Positions 12,779 through 24,999 of a DNA stretch of 64,000 nucleotides are shown here, one piece after another. The notes under the pieces are model-generated. The model was not told the DNA's origin. It made no database searches and saw only the letters and a program-made list of their open reading frames with translations. Both the position numbers and the translations under genes were made by a program. The DNA lies in contig NC_068984.1 in NCBI RefSeq assembly GCF_001194135.2, positions 44,217,517 through 44,281,516 on the forward strand, read 5' to 3'. Source of the DNA: Octopus bimaculoides. Taxonomy: Eukaryota. How positions within the stretch are numbered: position 1 is the first letter of the stretch; every line of letters begins with the position of its first letter.

Positions 12779-12834
12779 TGCTGCTGCTGCTGATGATGAC
12801 GATGATGATGACGACGACGACGACGACGACGACG

Positions 12835-12887
<53 letters not shown>
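12779..12887. repeat. Compound (CTG)(ATG)(ACG)(AAT)n microsatellite
   Basis: Seen directly. Confidence 0.95.
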
Positions 12888-13124
12888 CCAGGCAGAGGCT
12901 CTCATGGCTTCTGATCTTAATTGATTGCAAGTGTTATCATGTACATTGTTTTGTCTTGGTATAAAGATGGACTACNNNNNNNNNNNNNNNNNNNNNNNNN
13001 NNNNNNNNNNNNNNNNNNNNNNNNNNNNNNNNNNNNNNNNNNNNNNNNNNNNNNNNNNNNNNNNNNNNNNNNNNNNNNNNNNNNNNNNNNNNNNNNNNNN
13101 NNNNNNNNNNNNNNNNNNNNGCAG

Positions 13125-13428
13125 AAGTAGAAGGGGAACATCATCGCCATGTGTTGAGAGGAATTCTTTGGGATTTGAATAATTCGCCTTTGGAAACATG
13201 GGTGTTTTGCTCAACATCCTTAAACAAACCTTATTCAGGGACTTTTTGAGCGGGATGGGCTACTCGACCTGAAGAAAATTTTAATTGGGCCCCACCTGCG
13301 AGGTCATGCGCTGTTTATCTTGATATGAGATCCCCATGTCGCGCACATATGGTCGTGATGCATGTGCCTGGTTTACCCTCATCAGACGCGTAATCATGAT
13401 GGGTATAATGGGCTTCGTATATTTTACA
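13125..13428. mobile_element. Interspersed repeat, probably derived from a LINE UTR
   Basis: Non-coding block with higher GC than its flanks that resembles an abundant octopus repeat from memory; family assignment uncertain. Confidence 0.4.
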
Positions 13429-13466
13429 CGAGTGTCACTTTGATGGCATGCTTTGCTCTCTCACTC

Positions 13467-13544
<78 letters not shown>
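13467..13544. repeat. (AAT)n microsatellite
   Basis: Seen directly. Confidence 0.95.
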
Positions 13545-13545
<1 letters not shown>

Positions 13546-14339
13546 CATAGACAGCTATGAATGGAAGTAATAATACTCAATACTTTGGGATTTCACAGTT
13601 AGCACAGTCCAGGTAATACAATTAAATACTTCATATATTGTCATCAAGGATGGTGAAAAATAAAGTTTGCAAACTAATTGATATTAGAATTTCATTGGAT
13701 AAGGGCATAATCGTAAAAGAATTTGGAAAAAGATAAGGAAATACAAAGCGATCAAGCTTGAAACGACGTAGCACCTTAAAATGAAAACAAAACCATTCAT
13801 CATAAGGTTCTTAAGTATGATAAAAAAAAAATTATGTGAAAATTACCTAAGTAATATCACAAGCGAAATAACTCTCTTGGAGATTCAAAACATAATATAC
13901 CATAGCACTGTACACATATTACTAATAGACCCCTCAATCTAAATATGAATTTCAGATTACCTGTACTAAATGCGACATACAATAGAACTGAACCTCCCTT
14001 GCTTCATTTGAATTGTATTTCATAAATCTCTATACTTCGTATACATTCAACACCATGATATATGCTCAAAATACAAATTTGTTTCTGTAATTGATATGAT
14101 TTAACGGTGTCTCTAGCTAAGTAACTAAAACTAACTTCTTGCTCACTGAAATTGTCTTACCCCATGTTACAGATAAAAGTCTTAAACGCGATTGCACTAA
14201 ACCCCTAGAAGTACTATGATATCGTGAAGTATATTTGCCACTTAAATGCGGCTAAATCCTAAGGGTGAATGTTACTGTTGTTTTTAGCCCCCAGGAGAAC
14301 ATCTCCTCCAGCTGGCTATTGACAATCACCGTCGTACGC

Positions 14340-14382
14340 GTACGCTGACGAAGAGTAAATACCTAGAAACTCGAGTTCGTGC
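14340..14382 (+). ncRNA. Minimal type I hammerhead ribozyme-like motif (degenerate)
   Basis: GTACG-CTGACGA-AGAGTAAATACCTA-GAAA-C-TCGA-G-TT-CGTGC. Both core motifs are present, with a 5-bp stem I and a 1-bp stem III carrying a palindromic TCGA loop. Stem II is weak. Confidence 0.55.
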
Positions 14383-15517
14383 ATATCACGTCAGATCAAC
14401 GATGGGAAGGATGACTTCCCTTTGCAAATACTAACATGTAGGCTTCGATCATATACATCTATAAGCAGATTATTCAATTATATATTAAGGTTCTCTCCCA
14501 AGACACCATTACTGCAACCTATATAATCATCATAATAATAATCGGTACAATATTTTAGCTTTTTTACGAAGCTGGTACGCTAGTTTTCACCATCTTTCTA
14601 CTATTTGTATGATCTAAGTTAGTTCGGTTAGTCAATAAGACAGAGAAGTAGATATCAACCACAAATCTCTGAGTCTGTCATTTCCTATCACTTGAAAGTA
14701 TATTTCCGCTGTTCTAGAAACCCACAACGTTAAATGTAAAAGCAAATGGTTCATACCTTAAGCATCGTCTTTCGCTCTTTTTATCACGCTTTCACAATCT
14801 CTTTCTTTCTCTACCGTTTTCTTTCAGTCACTCGCTCTCTCTCTATTTCTTTCTCTCTCTTTCTTTTTCTCTCTCTCTCTCATGCACACAGACAGATATA
14901 TATACACACATCATGCACTCAATATTGATGATAACCCCTCGCTACTTTATATCCTATCATAGATAAACTAAACACATATACACACATGCATACATCTGTG
15001 TTCGGGTATGCGTGTGCACAGACACACACACACGCACACACGCACACACACATGCACACACACACTTGCGCGAGCACAAGCACGCGCACATATACATCGT
15101 ATTCCACCACGAACACGTGAAAATACGTCACAACGACCATATATATATATATATATATACATATACAGTTGAAACATTTCTGTCACACGGGACCTTGAAC
15201 ACTGCTAGAAAACAGGAAAGCATACTAGTCCTTTAATATTTAATATTCAATATTTCATTTATTCAATANNNNNNNNNNNNNNNNNNNNNNNNNNNNNNNN
15301 NNNNNNNNNNNNNNNNNNACACTATCATACAAACCCCTTTTTTATTTTATATATAGGTGAGAAAATTGGTATGTGAAAGCACGTGGTTGGATGTATAAAA
15401 GATAAACAAGAGTGAAAAAACTACAGAAGGCTTGTGTTACATGGTTAAAGTATATATTTAAAATATGTCAGAAAAATGTTATAAAATTTTTTTGGTATAT
15501 AAACATTGTATTTGGAG

Positions 15518-15556
<39 letters not shown>

Positions 15557-15859
15557 TTAATTTATTTATATGTATTTATATGTATGTATGTATATCACAT
15601 TTTAAGAAATACATCTTGGCAGAATTTTGAAATAGGCCATCAGATATATAGTAAAACATTAATATCTGGTTTACATCATTTTGACTTCCAATTTATTGTG
15701 ATGCTGGTTACCTCTCTTGTGTTATTCTTTTCATCTTCTCTCTTATCAGCGTCCCTTACGTAAACGTCATCTGATTAAAAAAGCAACTGACAAACGGTCC
15801 TGTTGCCAGCTTGAAAATGAAAAAAATAAATGAATGTTTCGACGTATATATCTATGTAT

Positions 15860-16052
15860 GTGTGTGTCAGTGTTTGTCGCCCCTCCACCGCTTCACAACC
15901 GATGTTGGTGTGTTTACGTCCCCATAACTTCGCGGTTCGGCAAAAGAGATCCGTAGAATAAGTACCAGGCTTAAAAATAAAGGGAAAATGTACTGGACTA
16001 TAAATTCTTCAAGGTGGAGCCCCAGCATGGCCGCAGTCTAACGACTGAAAAG
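15860..16052 (+). mobile_element. SINE family A, 3' half
   Basis: CACAACCGATGTTGGTGTGTTTACGTCCCCATAACTTCGCGGTTCGGCAAAAGAG...CCAGCATGGCCGCAGTC. Confidence 0.8.
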
Positions 16053-17199
16053 ACCTATTATACACTAAAAAGACCTTATTAAATTTTTTTATATGCGATT
16101 GTGGATTTTTATGNNNNNNNNNNNNNNNNNNNNNNNNNNNNNNNNNNNNNNNNNNNNNNNNNNNNNNNNNNNNNNNNNNNNNNNNNNNNNNNNNNNNNNN
16201 NNNNNNNNNNNNNNNNNNNNNNNNNNNNNNNNNNNNNNNNNNNNNNNNNNNNNNNNNNNNNNNNNNNNNNNNNNNNNNNNNNNNNNNNNNNNNNNNNNNN
16301 NNNNNNNNNNNNNNNNNNNNNNNNNNNNNNNNNNNNNNNNNNNNNNNNNNNNNNNNNNNNNNNNNNNNNNNNNNNNNNNNNNNNNNNNNNNNNNNNNNNN
16401 NNNNNNNNNNNNNNNNNNNNNNNNNNNNNNNNNNNNNNNNNNNNNNNNNNNNNNNNNNNNNNNNNNNNNNNNNNNNNNNNNNNNNNNNNNNNNNNNNNNN
16501 NNNNNNNNNNNNNNNNNNNNNNNNNNNNNNNNNNNNNNNNNNNNNNNNNNNNNNNNNNNNNNNNNNNNNNNNNNNNNNNNNNNNNNNNNNNNNNNNNNNN
16601 NNNNNNNNNNNNNNNNNNNNNNNNNNNNNNNNNNNNNNNNNNNNNNNNNNNNNNNNNNNNNNNNNNNNNNNNNNNNNNNNNNNNNNNNNNNNNNNNNNNN
16701 NNNNNNNNNNNNNNNNNNNNNNNNNNNNNNNNNNNNNNNNNNNNNNNNNNNNNNNNNNNNNNNNNNNNNNNNNNNNNNNNNNNNNNNNNNNNNNNNNNNN
16801 NNNNNNNNNNNNNNNNNNNNNNNNNNNNNNNNNNNNNNNNNNNNNNNNNNNNNNNNNNNNNNNNNNNNNNNNNNNNNNNNTATATATATATATATATATA
16901 TATATATGCATTACACACAAATTCATCGTCAGGTTCGTTATTGGATTATAGTCATAAACACTTGTACCACACAAATACTGCTCTCTGTGATAAGTACGTA
17001 GTCAGAGGCCGACGTGAGGTGACTAATAATCACGTGAAATTGCAGAGCTTTTTTTTTTATCAAAGTGCCCCTCCTCTAGAAAGCTGTCTAAGAAGCTGGG
17101 TGGAGTCCTCACTCCCAATAGTTTTACTGCACGCCTTGACACCACCAAGGGTATTCCTGTGTCACCGTCCTGAGATGGATTGTCATCATATATGCTAGT

Positions 17200-17332
17200 T
17201 AACTCTGACAGGTGCTACTACTCCGGATCAGAAGAGACCTGTGAATAATAATGGCTATGAGGTAGTTCCACACTCCTCAAAGCCCTGGAATTAGCTAACC
17301 ACAACGTCACTACCAAATGCAGCTTAAAGTCA
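17200..17332 (+). mobile_element. Interspersed repeat fragment (putative LINE 3' UTR)
   Basis: CTGACAGGTGCTACTACTCCGGATCAGAAGAGACCTG... resembles a widespread retroelement tail from memory only. Confidence 0.35.
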
Positions 17333-17589
17333 CACACATACACACACACATATACATATATACACACACACACATACATATATACATACATGCATACAAG
17401 CACACACACACGCACACACACGCACACATATATACCTGGAGTTTGATCAGAAAGTATCAGGACTGTTGTTATGGTCACTGAGAATGAAGTAGCTTGACAT
17501 AGGTTGACCTTGAACTCTGTCCGCATGCATACTAATTATAACGTTCTTGCTCACTTCTGTCGTTTATAGCAGTGCTTGGAAATAAAGTA

Positions 17590-17994
17590 AGTAGAGTGGT
17601 CGTCTGAAAAAGAAGATCGGGTTTCATTTAATTAAGATTTCCTTGATTGTGTCGAAGAAGACCTGTCTCCTGTTGTGACCGTTCTGGAATCGGTCACAAT
17701 AGGTGACAAATCTTAGGGCTGTAGATATGACCCCGAAACCAAGGCCCAGTATTCGAAGTGGAGGACCCCAATAGGATTTCAAGACATCGAGGAAATCCAA
17801 CTGTATCCGACGAGGCAGCTGTTCGCTCTCCCCAACTAGGGACTTCCTAGCATGTTTCCATCAATGGAAGCAATGCTGGATACATTTTGTAGATCCAGAA
17901 GGGAACCACTTCGATGATTAAATGCCGAACTGAAATGTGTTGTAGTTTACATTTTATACCATCAGAGTCCGGATACTTTTTGATCAGACTGCGT
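17590..17994 (+). mobile_element. Mariner relic, internally deleted
   Basis: Encodes TIGDKS*GCRYDPETKAQYSKW (first catalytic D region) joined to FQDIEEIQ..RQLFALP..FHQWKQCWIHFVDPEGNHFD (C-terminus). Ends in TIR-like GAGTCCGGATACTTTTTGATCAGAC. Confidence 0.75.
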
Positions 17995-17996
17995 GC

Positions 17997-18037
<41 letters not shown>

Positions 18038-18139
18038 NNNNNNNNNNNNNNNNNNNNNNNNNNNNNNNNNNNNNNNNNNNNNNNNNNNNNNNNNNNNNNN
18101 NNNNNNNNNNNNNNNNNNNNNNNNNNNNNNNNNNNNNAT

Positions 18140-18386
18140 ATATATGGGCCAAACGAGCCCTACTTTAAGACGCACAGTCACGCTGCATAAAGAACAGATT
18201 CGTTTCCCTCAATACAGGCAGATACCACTGAACGGACATATCGACAGATGCGTAAGTAATAAAACGCCAAATTGTCATATCTTCCTATTATACCAATGCA
18301 AAGATTCAATCTCAGTACAAGAACGCCTAAACAAGGAAAACCTGTTCATACAAAAGTGCAGACCACACCTCAATATACAAATTTGA
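18140..18386 (+). mobile_element. Penelope-like element GIY-YIG endonuclease, C-terminal part
   Basis: YMGQTSPTLRRTVTLHKEQIR...ERLNKENLFIQKCRPHLN: YIG-like motif, R...H, and E..FI...P.LN pattern of PLE endonucleases. The 5' part is lost in a gap. Confidence 0.75.
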
Positions 18387-20291
18387 CCATTTAAAAAATT
18401 ATACTAAGGAGCCAGTTGTCCCCTTGCTACCTCTTGCTTCCCTTACTCTCTAGACTCATTCTTCTTATTCTTCAAACATCCAAAATGATGAAACCCTTCT
18501 GAGAACTGATTACTGTACAATGTCCCTTGAAAAGCTAATTTAAATAGCGAAAACCGGCTGGATTTCACGACATCCATATAATATGTATATATTTATAAAA
18601 TGATATTAAACTACATGAAACGAAGGCAGTTCTCTTCCACTTTTTATATTTTTTTCCACATATTTTCAAATATATATATATATATATAAAGGTAAAGGGT
18701 TATTGTTTTCAAGCCACTTGAAGATAAACGGATCATATATTGATGGGCTGAATTCGTGTGGATTGGGACTTCAAGTATTGTCTAATGGCTTATATAGATA
18801 TTTGAATCGAATGAACGAAGGACCTTTTACGTTGGTCGACCTACACAAGCATGGAGCCTTCTCTTTTCCGTCTTTCACACTACTGCCATCAAGAAGGATA
18901 TATTGCGTAATGTACACCTAGATACACTCTGCTTGATAAAATATAGAGCGGTAACGACGGCAACGATTTCGATCATAAGAGTGGTCAATTGGGGTTGATT
19001 ACCAATAACAACCACCACAAATATGAATATGCATGTATGCGTGGGTATATGTATGTGAACATGTATTGTGTGATTGTGAGTTCCGCGTCCCTAAATGCAA
19101 ACGGGAAGATTAATACAACGATGATCAAACTCAAAATTCAACACTATTGTCTTCCCTTTCATAGGTAACTATTTAAAAATCCATCCAAAGTACTAAGTGA
19201 TTTTCTATCGACCTAAGAAAAGGATGGGCTTAGCTGATCTTTTATTCATAAGAAACGATATATAGGGAGTGTCTTATTGCCTTCAAATATTAATCAATCA
19301 ATCAGTCACGCACGCGTATGGTACACGCACACACACACATACACATACACACATGCACACATAATCACACACGCAGACACTAGCACACTCGCGCGCACAC
19401 CAAAACACTATCACAGACATTTATAATCACATTGACCTAAATTTGTGTGCATGTATAGAATTCATTGTTATTTTATGATACTTCTTCCGAATTAACATGT
19501 GTATGTGCGTGTGTGTATGTGTGTGTCTGTATGTCTGTCTGTGTATGAATCACATAGTCCCAGGACGNNNNNNNNNNNNNNNNNNNNNNNNNNNNNNNNN
19601 NNNNNNNNNNNNNNNNNNNNNNNNNNNNNNNNNNNNNNNNNNNNNNNNNNNNNNNNNNNNNNNNNNNNNNNNNNNNNNNNNNNNNNNNNNNNNNNNNNNN
19701 NNNNNNNNNNNNNNNNNNNNNNNNNNNNNNNNNNNNNNNNNNNNNNNNNNNNNNNNNNNNNNNNNNNNNNNNNNNNNNNNNNNNNNNNNNNNNNNNNNNN
19801 NNNNNNNNNNNNNNNNNNNNNNNNNNNNNNNNNNNNNNNNNNNNNNNNNNNNNNNNNNNNNNNNNNNNNNNNNNNNNNNNNNNNNNNNNNNNNNNNNNNN
19901 NNNNNNNNNNNNNNNNNNNNNNNNNNNNNNNNNNNNNNNNNNNNNNNNNNNNNNNNNNNNNNNNNNNNNNNNNNNNNNNNNNNNNNNNNNNNNNNNNNNN
20001 NNNNNNNNNNNNNNNNNNNNNNNNNNNNNNNNNNNNNNNNNNNNNNNNNNNNNNNNNNNNNNNNNNNNNNNNNNNNNNNNNNNNNNNNNNNNNNNNNNNN
20101 NNNNNNNNNNNNNNNNNNNNNNNNNNNNNNNNNNNNNNNNNNNNNNNNNNNNNNNNNNNNNNNNNNNNNNNNNNNNNNNNNNNNNNNNNNNNNNNNNNNN
20201 NNNNNNNNNNNNNNNNNNNNNNNNNNNNNNNNNNNNNNNNNNNNNNNNNNNNNNNNNNNNNNNNNNNNNNNNNNNNNNNNNNNNNNNNNNN

Positions 20292-20825
20292 TACAAGGTT
20301 CATTGCAGACGTTTTGAAATTTTTTTAGGAGAAACATTTTTTTTTTTAATTTCAGAGAGGTACAAAATTATAATCGCCTTCGAAGTAGGATCCTCTGACT
20401 TCAATGCACTTGATGCAGCACTCCAGCCGCTTCATGAAGGTCCCATGGATATCTTCCAAAGTGAAGGTGTCCAGGACATTAGCCACAGACTCCTTCATCT
20501 CCTTCAGCTTGGAGAACAACCAAAAGTGACAGGGTGACAAGTCTGGACTATTGGGAGGGTGAGCAACAGTTTTGATGCCCTTCTCTGTCAAGTACTTGGT
20601 CACCAAGATGGGATTATGAACTAGTGCATTGTCCTGGTGCGTGTGCTCTGTCCTTTTGTGATCGAATCTCTTCCTGAAAGACCTCAAAAGCTTCACAAAT
20701 TACTTTTTGTTGACCGACTGTCTAGTAGGTAACTAGTAGGTATAGATGATGACTTTGCTGCCGAAAAATGGGGTCATCATGAGCTTCCCAGTGGACTTAT
20801 TATGACTGGCCTCTTGTGCCAGCGT
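20292..20825 (-). mobile_element. Mariner transposase relic (D34, third D mutated to H)
   Basis: HQDNALVH...HPPNSPDLSPCHFWLFSKLK...CIEVRGSYFEGD, with 34 residues between D and H. Upstream reads KSTGKLMMTPFFGSKVII. Confidence 0.9.
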
Positions 20826-20951
20826 TAAACCGATGCTCGGCTCACACAATTTAATCCACAATTTAAGCAGTCTAGAGCATTTCATAAGTTTCTATAGTGT
20901 TTTTACCCAATCTCCTAATATAATAATGAGTGTAGTGTTTTTATATATTTG

Positions 20952-20982
<31 letters not shown>

Positions 20983-21189
20983 NNNNNNNNNNAGACACTA
21001 GCACACTCGCGCGCACACCAAAACACTATCACAGACATTTATAATCACATTGACCTAAATTTGTGTGCATGTATAGAATTCATTGTTATTTTATGATACT
21101 TCTTCCGAATTAACATGTGTATGTGCGTGTGTGTATGTGTGTGTCTGTATGTCTGTCTGTGTATGAATCACATAGTCCCAGGACGTAGT

Positions 21190-21628
<439 letters not shown>

Positions 21629-21694
<66 letters not shown>
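21629..21694. repeat. (GATA)n microsatellite
   Basis: Seen directly. Confidence 0.95.
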
Positions 21695-21695
<1 letters not shown>

Positions 21696-21760
21696 CCTTG
21701 TGAGGTGATTTGGTAGACGGAAATTGAATTAGCCCGTCGTGTGTGTGTGTGTGTGTGTGT
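21695..21760 (+). mobile_element. SINE family A, internal fragment running into a gap
   Basis: GCCTTGTGAGGTGATTTGGTAGACGGAAATTGAA...CCCGTCGTGTGT. Confidence 0.7.
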
Positions 21761-23173
21761 NNNNNNNNNNNNNNNNNNNNNNNNNNNNNNNNNNNNNNNN
21801 NNNNNNNNNNNNNNNNNNNNNNNNNNNNNNNNNNNNNNNNNNNNNNNNNNNNNNNNNNNNNNNNNNNNNNNNNNNNNNNNNNNNNNNNNNNNNNNNNNNN
21901 NNNNNNNNNNNNNNNNNNNNNNNNNNNNNNNNNNNNNNNNNNNNNNNNNNNNNNNNNNNNNNNNNNNNNNNNNNNNNNNNNNNNNNNNNNNNNNNNNNNN
22001 NNNNNNNNNNNNNNNNNNNNNNNNNNNNNNNNNNNNNNNNNNNNNNNNNNNNNNNNNNNNNNNNNNNNNNNNNNNNNNNNNNNNNNNNNNNNNNNNNNNN
22101 NNNNNNNNNNNNNNNNNNNNNNNNNNNNNNNNNNNNNNNNNNNNNNNNNNNNNNNNNNNNNNNNNNNNNNNNNNNNNNNNNNNNNNNNNNNNNNNNNNNN
22201 NNNNNNNNNNNNNNNNNNNNNNNNNNNNNNNNNNNNNNNNNNNNNNNNNNNNNNNNNNNNNNNNNNNNNNNNNNNNNNNNNNNNNNNNNNNNNNNNNNNN
22301 NNNNNNNNNNNNNNNNNNNNNNNNNNNNNNNNNNNNNNNNNNNNNNNNNNNNNNNNNNNNNNNNNNNNNNNNNNNNNNNNNNNNNNNNNNNNNNNNNNNN
22401 NNNNNNNNNNNNNNNNNNNNNNNNNNNNNNNNNNNNNNNNNNNNNNNNNNNNNNNNNNNNNNNNNNNNNNNNNNNNNNNNNNNNNNNNNNNNNNNNNNNN
22501 NNNNNNNNNNNNNNNNNNNNNNNNNNNNNNNNNNNNATATATATTTGTCTAAAATCACGCAGTTGGAATGAATGATGAAGGGAGAGGAAAGAAAATAACA
22601 ATTCAGTGAAAGAGAAGTAGTGAGAGTAATAGCCATGACTGAGAGGTTGTACGACAAAGTGATAGCAATGAGAGAGAGGAAGTGGCAAAGAGAACGTCGT
22701 GTATCTTCTACTATGATAATCTTTTACTATAATAATACAGTTGTGTATTTCTCCGTCACAACATTTGAATAAGAAAGGAAGGGGTCATCAACCGATGGAA
22801 GTGGGATGGTGAAAAGTCAACGGTGAAACAAAAATCAAACAGCGCTTCAACTCTGTGTGAGTATATGTGTGTGCGTGTAAGAGGGAGGAATGTGAATGCT
22901 TGTGTGTGTGTGTATGTGTGTGTTTGTGTAAAGTATATTTATATATTTGAGTGAGTATATATACGTGTTTGTGTATATTTATTTAGAAAGATACATAGAA
23001 AATTGAATTACAGACACGCGCACATTTACACATACATACATATATAAACAGAAACACTTAGAAAGGGAGGGAGCTGTACTCGTGCTTCGTACTTTTTGTT
23101 GTACACGTTTCGTGACGTCCTGTGCCCACATATTCACATATATATACGTATTGGTGTAAGTATGTACATATAC

Positions 23174-23276
<103 letters not shown>

Positions 23277-23346
23277 CATATTATTTATATTATTATATAT
23301 ATGTGTGTATTTGTGTATGTGCGTATGTATGTATATAATATATTTT

Positions 23347-23574
23347 TATCTTTCAGTTGTTTCTGTCTTGAAGGGTTGTCGTCAAACAAATCAAACCCAG
23401 TCCACTTGTAACATTGGTACTTATTCTACTGGTTTTATTGCCGAACCGCTAAGCTACGGAGATGAGAAAAAGCAGCACGAGTTGTCAAGAAACGGGAGTA
23501 GGGATCAAACAGATGTGCAAAAACACGAACATAGATATGTACAATACATACTACATACACATGCATATATAGAC

Positions 23575-23609
<35 letters not shown>

Positions 23610-23783
23610 CATACAAAAACACACATATACGATTGGCTTTTTTTCAGTTTCCTTCTACTACATCCAGTCATAGCACTTTGGCCGACCCTGGGCTATAGCA
23701 GAAGTCACTTGCCCAAGATGTCACGCAGTAGGACTGAACCTCAGACTAGATGCTTAGAAATCAAGCTTTTTAACCTCACACTA
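23347..23783 (-). mobile_element. SINE family A, near full length
   Basis: The reverse complement has a tRNA-like head (GGTTCAGTCCTACTGCGTG), a TTGGGCAAG core, an internal microsatellite and the 3' tail. Confidence 0.8.
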
Positions 23784-24511
23784 CTTTGAATGTATTATCT
23801 ACGAGATTGTACAATTAGCAAGACTTAGTGCGATCTATTTAACCAACTATATGTCGACAACTTTAATAAAAATCATCTCAAATAAAATCTACATTCTGGA
23901 AACATATTGAGTCCCTGCAAAGATATCGCTCTCATATAACTTCAGTTCCAAGTGTTATCGATTTGGAAAATATGTTAGAGAAAACTTGAATACACCCAGA
24001 GTATTTATGTGCTATTGTGAGTAAAAACACATACTATGAAGAAAAGTCGCTAAAATTTAGTGCAATTAAAGTTTGTCACATTTATGTAGGCCTTTTGCTA
24101 TTCGCGGCGTCAGTGTTAGTTTTAATTATATTTAAAGTGATTAATACAATTATGTCTCAAAAAATATAACAGAATATGATAGATTGATTTACTTAAAGCA
24201 TTATGAAGTATGTATGTCTGTAAGTTTATGAAAATATGTTTGCATGCGGACGTGTGCTTAAACACCCCCACACACACATACTCGTAATTGTATGTGTGTG
24301 TATATATATATATATATATGTATATTTTAGGATATATCGTACCGAGACACAATCGTATTTCTTCAAACAGGCTGTCTCCGTAGTTACATGTACAGCATGA
24401 AGCGTTATACGGACATACCAAATGTAATAGAGATAATCTGAATTATCTAGATAATGTACATGAGTGTGTGCGTACGTGCGTGAGTATACATGCATGCATA
24501 TATATATATAT

Positions 24512-24999
24512 ATTCAAATTACGAAGTTTGCTTTTAGAAGCGTTGAGATGTCTTTTAGAAAGTTAAAGAAGTGATTTTAAATTCTCAATCGCAGAATAAT
24601 GCTAATAATATAGCCTGAACAGGATAAACTAACCCTATTTTGCAGAGAAAAGTGTAGGTGGCTAGCTGTGGACTCGAACTCACATCCCCGTGAATACATG
24701 TCACGATGCTTTGACCGATTAAGCTAAACCTACCCACTACAAATTCCTCTGCAAATTAAGATATATAAATCTTGCTTTATGAGACGCTCTCATATGTTAA
24801 ATTCAAATTACGACAAACGTAAATAAACAAACGAAGTTTGCTTTTAGAAGTGTTGAGATGTCTTTTAGAAAGTTAACGAAGTGAAAATAGGGATAGTGTA
24901 TCCTGTTCAGGCTATATTATTAGCATTATTCTGCGATTGAGAATTTAAAATCACTTCTTTAACTTTCTAAAAGACATCTCAACGCTTCTAAAAGCAAAC
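24512..24999. repeat. ~290-bp repeat with a tRNA-like core: 1.3 units plus an inverted partial unit (fold-back)
   Basis: Arms 24526-24641 and 24884-24999 are inverted with 2 mismatches in 116 bp. A direct partial repeat lies at 24801-24883. Same family as 61484-61857. Confidence 0.9.
24659..24735 (-). pseudogene. tRNA-like segment inside the repeat (A box, anticodon arm, B box)
   Basis: GGGTAGGT-TTAGCTTAATCGGTCAAAGC-AT-CGTGA-CATGTAT-TCACG-GGGAT-GTGAGTTCGAGTCCAC-AGCTAGCCA. The anticodon stem is a perfect 5 bp with a 7-nt loop (TGT at the anticodon position), but U33 is replaced by A and the acceptor stem has mismatches. Confidence 0.6.

Noticed and set aside
19375-21185. Identical 193-bp direct repeat (19375-19567 and 20993-21185) flanking a mariner relic
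   Set aside because: Both copies abut N-gaps and are identical, which points to a contig overlap or scaffolding artefact rather than LTRs or a long TSD.
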